Shown: positions 16,566-20,846 of the stretch, piece after piece
How the letters are laid out: the number at the start of each line of letters is the position of its first letter
Numbering within the stretch: position 1 is the stretch's first letter
From: an uncultured Erysipelotrichaceae bacterium
GTDB taxonomy: Bacteria; Bacillota_I; Bacilli_A; Erysipelotrichales; Erysipelotrichaceae
Length of the DNA: 20,846 nt
Direction of reading: 5' to 3'
Assembly: GCA_964401865.1 (NCBI GenBank)
Contig: CAYNZZ010000020.1
Span: forward strand, 1 to 20,846
The notes under the pieces: model-generated
What the model was told of the DNA's origin: nothing
What the model saw: the letters and a program-made list of their open reading frames with translations, nothing else
The model's database searches: none
Made by a program: the position numbers and the translations under genes

Positions 16566-17597
16566 ATGGATATTAAAGAGATGAGAGAGATGGCAATTTC
16601 AAGAATTAGAAATTGCCATAGTTTGCAAGAACTGGAAGAGTTACGCATTGAATATTTGTCAAAAAAGGGAAAAGTACAAGAATTGATGTTACAGATGAAA
16701 GATTTGCCAAAAGAGGAAAAACCTAAATTTGGTCAAGTTGTCAATGAATGTAAACAAGTTATCACTACAACACTTGAAGAAAAAATAAAAGAATTAGAAG
16801 AAGCAAAGATGAATGCTCAATTAGAAAAAGAAAAAATTGACATTTCATTGGATGCTTACACACCAGTCGTAGGAACTGTTCACCCATTAAATCTAGTAGT
16901 TAGAGCGATAGAAGATTGTTTCATCGGTATGGGATACAAAGTAGCCGAAGGACCTGAAGTGGAACTTGACTACTACAACTTTGAAAAAGCTAATATTCCA
17001 AAGGATCATCCATCAAGAGATATGCAGGATTCTTTATTTATTGATCCAAATACATTACTTAGAACACACACAACAGCCATTCAAATGCGTGAATTAGAAA
17101 AATCGCATGGTGAAATGCCAATTAAACTTATCTGTCCTGGTAAGGTATATCGCCGTGATGATGATGACGCAACTCATTCACATCAATTTATGCAGGCTGA
17201 AGGACTGGTTGTTGGTGAAAGCATCACTTTGTCTGATTTGAAGGGTACATTACAATTTATGGTGGACTCATTGTTTGGTGAGGGCAAAAAGATTAGATTT
17301 AGACCTTCATACTTTCCGTTTACTGAGCCATCGGTAGAAGTTGATATGACTTGTCATGTTTGCGGTGGAAAGGGATGTCCGACTTGTAAAGGGACTGGAT
17401 ATATCGAAATATTAGGTAGTGGTATGGTTCATCCTCGTGTATTAGAAACAAATGGAATTGATTCTAAGAAGTATAGCGGATTTGCGTTTGGTATCGGACT
17501 TGAAAGAGTTGCCATGATTAAGTATGGCATTAAAGATATTCGTGATTTATATACTAATGATGTTCGTTTTTTGAGAAACTTCAAACGTTTTGATTAG
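16566..17597 (+). CDS. pheS: Phenylalanine--tRNA ligase alpha subunit
   Basis: Class II motifs FPFTEPS and GFAFGIGLERVAM. Carries the Firmicute-type Cys knuckle CHVCGGKGCPTCKGTGYIEILG. AGGAGG Shine-Dalgarno. Confidence 0.96.
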   Translation: MDIKEMREMAISRIRNCHSLQELEELRIEYLSKKGKVQELMLQMKDLPKEEKPKFGQVVNECKQVITTTLEEKIKELEEAKMNAQLEKEKIDISLDAYTPVVGTVHPLNLVVRAIEDCFIGMGYKVAEGPEVELDYYNFEKANIPKDHPSRDMQDSLFIDPNTLLRTHTTAIQMRELEKSHGEMPIKLICPGKVYRRDDDDATHSHQFMQAEGLVVGESITLSDLKGTLQFMVDSLFGEGKKIRFRPSYFPFTEPSVEVDMTCHVCGGKGCPTCKGTGYIEILGSGMVHPRVLETNGIDSKKYSGFAFGIGLERVAMIKYGIKDIRDLYTNDVRFLRNFKRFD

Positions 17598-17611
17598 AAG
17601 GGGTATAAAGT

Positions 17612-20008
17612 ATGAATTTAAGTTTAAATTGGTTAAGTCATTTTGTTGATCTTGATGGTTTATCTAAAGATGAAATAGTTGAAAGAATTATTAAGGCTGG
17701 TTTTGAAGTCGAATCAATTAGCGAACTTGGAAAAGGCACTAATTTAATTGTCGGTAAAGTTATTGAGTGTCACGATCATCCTGATTCTGATCATTTACAT
17801 GTTACGAAGGTTGATATTGGAAAAGAAGTTCTCAATATCGTTTGTGGAGCTCCTAATTGTCGAGAAGGGATCAAAGTAATTGTTGCTCAAGTTGGTGCGA
17901 AACTTGTTGGTGGCGAGATAAAAAAAGGAATTATTAGAGGAGCTGAATCCAATGGCATGTTATGTTCTTTGCTAGAGCTAAATGTGCCAAAAGAATTATT
18001 AGAAAACGATAGCCCTTCATTGAATGGTATTGAAGAATTAGATGATAGCTTTGAAGTGGGCGAAGAAGACATCTTAAATAAATTGGGATATGAAGATACA
18101 ATTCTTGAATTATCAATTTATGCTAATAGGCCTGATTGTTTATCGATGTTTGCATTATCTAAGGAAATTGCCGCAATACTTAATCGACCATGTATTTTAC
18201 CAGATGTTAAAGAGTGGAATGATGATGGTAAAGAAACTAATTTTAAGTTAACTTCTCTGACTTCAAAATGTCCTCATTTCTTAGCTAAAGTAATTAATCA
18301 TATCGAAATAAAGGATTCACCTAAATGGATTAAAGACATTCTTAAATCTAACGGTATTAAGTCGATTAATAATGTTGTCGATATCTCTAATTTAGTTATG
18401 TTAGAAACTGGACAACCATTACATTTTTACGATTTGAGAAGCAATAAAAATAAAGAGATTACTGTTAGAGATGATATGGAACTAGATTATGTGGCCTTGG
18501 ATGGAAACAGCTATCATATCACTAATGGTGATATCATGATTACTAATGGTGAGGATGTCGTCGGTATTGCCGGGATTATGGGTGGTGACGCTAGTAAGAT
18601 TATGGATGATACTTCTTCAATCATCATTGAATCAGCGCTGTTTGACCAAGCACAAATCAGAAGGACTGCCAATCGTTTAGGATTACAGACCGAAGCAGCT
18701 ATGCGTTTTGCGAAAGGACTTGATCCTTTAGCTCAACAAAACGCTATGGATAGAGCAGTTAGTTTACTCATAGAATATGCTAATGCCAGTGATTTAGAAA
18801 AAACTGCTATATACGGAAGTGATAACTATAAACCGGTTGTTGTTAAAGAAACATTAGAACACTTAAATGCTTTAATTGGTAAAGAGTACTGCATTGAAGA
18901 AGTAAAAGATATTTTGACTCGTCTTGATTTCAAACCGGAGATAAACGGGAATGAATTCATTAGTCACATTCCAAGTTATCGTAGCGATATTACTATTCGT
19001 GAAGATATTGATGAAGAAATTGTCAGAATCAGTGGTTTTGATGATTTAGCTACCACATTACCTTTAATGCCACAAACAATTGGTAAATTGAGTGTAAGAC
19101 AGAATATGCGTCGTGTTATTGAAGACTATTTGGTTAATGCTGGATTAAATGAAACAATTAGCTATACATTGACTGATGAAAAGACTAGTCAAGATACGAT
19201 GATGCCATTAGGCGAAAGCATTGAACTGATGTCGCCGCTTAATGATGCAAGAAGATTTATTAGAACTGGTTTAATGCCATCAATGCTAGAAAGCTTATTA
19301 TATAATGCAGCACATAATAACGAAAATGTTAATCTGTTTGAAATTTCATCCATTTATGCTCAAGGTGCGACCGAAGAAAGATTGGCCATTATTTTAAGCG
19401 GCAAGTTGCAAGAGTCTAAAGTATTGCATACTTCAACAGATACTAATTTCTATGTGTTAAAAGGTATGATTATGGAATTGTTAGACCACTTAGGATTTGC
19501 TAAAGGTCGTATTAGAATTGTTGAAAATGATTTAGACACTAAACATATGCATCCTTATCAGTCGGCTTTGATCAAAATGAATAACAAGGTTATTGGTATT
19601 TTTGGTAAAGTTCATCCAAATGTTATTAAAGCCAAAAAACTTCCTACTTGTTTCTATCTAGAGATGACATTAGAACCTCTTGTTTTATCTAAACCATCAA
19701 AGATAAAAGCTACCGAGATAAATCGTTATCCTTCGATCTCTAGAGATATTTCTCTTGTGGTTAAAGATGATGTAAAAAGCAGTGATTTGATTGCGATTGT
19801 TGAAAAAGCTGGAGGATCACTAGTATCAAATGTTCGAGTGTTTGATATTTATAAGGGTGAGCATATTGATGAAGGGTATATGTCTATTTCTTTAAATATT
19901 GTCTATGAGTCAAAAGATAAGACTTTAAAGATAGAAGATATTACACCAATTCATGAAAAGATTTTGGCTGAACTAAATAAATATTACAAAGCGAATTTAC
20001 GATCATAG
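17612..20008 (+). CDS. pheT: Phenylalanine--tRNA ligase beta subunit
   Basis: 798 aa. N-terminal tRNA-binding OB domain (VGKVIECHDHPDSDHLHVTKVDIG). B3/4 and B5 regions and a C-terminal FDX-ACB domain. Starts 14 nt after pheS with an AAGGGG Shine-Dalgarno. Confidence 0.96.
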   Translation: MNLSLNWLSHFVDLDGLSKDEIVERIIKAGFEVESISELGKGTNLIVGKVIECHDHPDSDHLHVTKVDIGKEVLNIVCGAPNCREGIKVIVAQVGAKLVGGEIKKGIIRGAESNGMLCSLLELNVPKELLENDSPSLNGIEELDDSFEVGEEDILNKLGYEDTILELSIYANRPDCLSMFALSKEIAAILNRPCILPDVKEWNDDGKETNFKLTSLTSKCPHFLAKVINHIEIKDSPKWIKDILKSNGIKSINNVVDISNLVMLETGQPLHFYDLRSNKNKEITVRDDMELDYVALDGNSYHITNGDIMITNGEDVVGIAGIMGGDASKIMDDTSSIIIESALFDQAQIRRTANRLGLQTEAAMRFAKGLDPLAQQNAMDRAVSLLIEYANASDLEKTAIYGSDNYKPVVVKETLEHLNALIGKEYCIEEVKDILTRLDFKPEINGNEFISHIPSYRSDITIREDIDEEIVRISGFDDLATTLPLMPQTIGKLSVRQNMRRVIEDYLVNAGLNETISYTLTDEKTSQDTMMPLGESIELMSPLNDARRFIRTGLMPSMLESLLYNAAHNNENVNLFEISSIYAQGATEERLAIILSGKLQESKVLHTSTDTNFYVLKGMIMELLDHLGFAKGRIRIVENDLDTKHMHPYQSALIKMNNKVIGIFGKVHPNVIKAKKLPTCFYLEMTLEPLVLSKPSKIKATEINRYPSISRDISLVVKDDVKSSDLIAIVEKAGGSLVSNVRVFDIYKGEHIDEGYMSISLNIVYESKDKTLKIEDITPIHEKILAELNKYYKANLRS

Positions 20009-20015
20009 TCAATTA

Positions 20016-20047
20016 CAAAGCAAGCCTTATTGAAGGTTTGCTTTTTT
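20016..20047 (+). terminator. Rho-independent terminator after pheT
   Basis: Stem AAAGCAAGCCTT (20017-20028) / AAGGTTTGCTTT (20033-20044) with one G-U pair and loop ATTG; the T-run extends to 20047. Confidence 0.7.
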
Positions 20048-20141
20048 AAGTTAAATATATTCAACTTAAATATTTGTTATTCTTTAATTATCCTAGTATA
20101 GCCGCTTACGTCTTGATAAAATAAATAAAAGAGGTTTATTT

Positions 20142-20291
20142 ATGTCAAAAAATGGTGTTGCACAGTGTCTGACGATACTACAGAAATATTCGGATGTTAA
20201 TCATCCGCTATCAACTGAAGAAATAATCGATTTATTTAACAAAAATAATAATAATAATAATAACGATCAACCCAAAGTTCTTGAGGATTGA
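20142..20291 (+). pseudogene. 49-codon ORF resembling only the N-terminal winged-helix (HTH_11/WYL-regulator-type) segment; likely a gene remnant
   Basis: Translation is MSKNGVAQCLTILQKYSDVNHPLSTEEIIDLFNKNNNNNNNDQPKVLED*. The L-x-I-L-x-x-x-S-D-x-x-H-P-L-S-x-x-E-I pattern is typical of the first ~35 aa of DeoR/YafY/WYL-type regulators; the rest of the domain is absent. AAAGAGG Shine-Dalgarno lies 7 nt upstream. The ORF is below the ORF-track length cut-off. Confidence 0.4.
20244..20261 (+). repeat. (AAT)6 trinucleotide microsatellite, encoding poly-Asn
   Basis: Six perfect AAT units at 20244-20261, followed by AAC. In frame within the 49-codon ORF. Confidence 0.9.
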
Positions 20292-20324
20292 TTTGTTTGG
20301 TATTTTTTTAAGAACAGTTCTTAG

Positions 20325-20791
20325 TTAGGCACTAGATATGCATTTGAAATATATTTAATCATTAAAAGAGTGCGAGGACTTAAAATCAGCTTATATCATT
20401 ATCTTCCAATGAAACATGAATTAGAATTTATTAAAGATATAGATAATGTTGAATATGTTATGAATTATTCTATAGAATGCAATTATTGAGTTCAAATTCA
20501 GTATTATGTTTTTGTTTACATGTGTTATATAGGAGATATGCTATTAGGGCTCATCATCCAGCATTGATAGATCTTGGACACGTTGGTGAAAATTTTTATT
20601 TATCTAGTACAACGTTGGGACTTGGAACATGTGGTTTAGTTTCTTTTGATGGTGATTATATAAATAGTTTAATCGGGATTGATGGAGATGAAGAATATAC
20701 AGTTTACGTTCAGTCGGTTAGAACAATGTGGGAAGAAGATAAAGTTAAAGAGGATGGCTTTTATTCTTTTTGTAAAGAAAATACCAAATAA
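20325..20791 (+). pseudogene. SagB/ThcOx-like nitroreductase-superfamily dehydrogenase pseudogene (N-terminally truncated, frameshifted)
   Basis: Frame 3 (20325-20489) reads LGTRYAFEIYLIIKRVRGLKISLYHYLPMKHELEFIKDIDNVEYVMNYSIECNY*, matching the Y-P-x-E-x-Y...G-x-Y-H-Y core. Frame 2 (20453/20477-20791) continues with ...VLYRRYAIRAHHPALIDLGHVGENFYLSSTTLGLGTCGLVSFDGDYINSLIGIDGDEEYTVY, the conserved C-terminal half. The two pieces overlap around 20455-20490 and differ by one frame. No sequence for the usual ~100-aa N-terminal part is present upstream. Confidence 0.6.
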
Positions 20792-20846
20792 TCACTTTTC
20801 TTCACTTTTTTCAACTTTTTTCAATTTTCCTATTGATTTTAATATT

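Noticed and set aside
17345-17410. Cys-rich insertion CHVCGGKGCPTCKG in PheS, considered as an unusual zinc-finger acquisition
   Set aside because: This C-x2-C...C-x2-C knuckle is a normal feature of Firmicute PheS alpha subunits.
17887-18116. Two ~60-aa minus-strand ORFs inside pheT
   Set aside because: They are antisense to the conserved tRNA-binding and B3/4 region. These are shadow ORFs.
20046-20069. 7-bp inverted repeat TTAAGTT ... AACTTAA after the pheT terminator, considered as an operator for the HTH remnant
   Set aside because: It is all-AT apart from one G/C pair, it is short, and it has a 10-nt spacer. It is not distinguishable from background.
20792-20830. Short T-rich direct near-repeats (TCACTTTT / TCACTTTTTT / CAACTTTTTT / CAATTTTCC), considered as iterons or a repeat array
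   Set aside because: The units are only 8-10 nt, imperfect and contiguous without spacers. This fits low-complexity sequence or the Lys/Glu-rich end of a minus-strand gene. It is not CRISPR-like.
20792-20845. Possible 3' end of a minus-strand CDS entering from the right edge (…ILKSIGKLKKVEKSEEK*, stop at 20792-20794)
   Set aside because: Only 17 codons are visible and the sequence is low-complexity and Lys-rich. It cannot be told apart from chance in T-rich DNA.
1-20846. Alternative genetic code (TGA = Trp, Mollicutes-like), suggested by the low GC and nuclease/salvage genes
   Set aside because: TGA terminates the PBP, mraY, murD, galM and aspS genes at positions consistent with full-length homologues. 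Conserved Trp positions use TGG. Peptidoglycan genes and T-boxes fit a walled Firmicute.

Overview
Low-GC (roughly one-third G+C by eye) Bacillota-type chromosomal segment using the standard bacterial code: TGA ends several genes at their expected positions and Trp is TGG. It is almost all core housekeeping genes on the + strand. In order: the 3' part of a class B PBP with PASTA repeats, then mraY and murD (a truncated dcw cluster). murD is joined by an ATGA overlap to recJ-apt-relA. A galM plus galactokinase-family pair follows, then a convergent minus-strand PF06541-like membrane protein. Next is a T-box leader driving hisS-aspS plus an overlapping lipoprotein nuclease gene, then a second T-box (Phe) driving pheS-pheT. 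The last ~800 nt hold gene remnants: a 49-aa HTH fragment with an (AAT)6 tract and a truncated, frameshifted SagB/nitroreductase-like pseudogene. I saw no rRNA or tRNA genes, CRISPR arrays, transposases or integrases. I do not see a convincing new multi-gene system. The most unusual points are: (1) the hisS-aspS T-box looks tuned to tRNA-Asp rather than tRNA-His; (2) an extracellular nuclease is translationally coupled to aspS; (3) a gal/membrane-protein block interrupts the conserved relA...hisS synteny; (4) the right edge carries a decaying accessory locus. All homology calls rest on motifs recognised by eye, not on searches.
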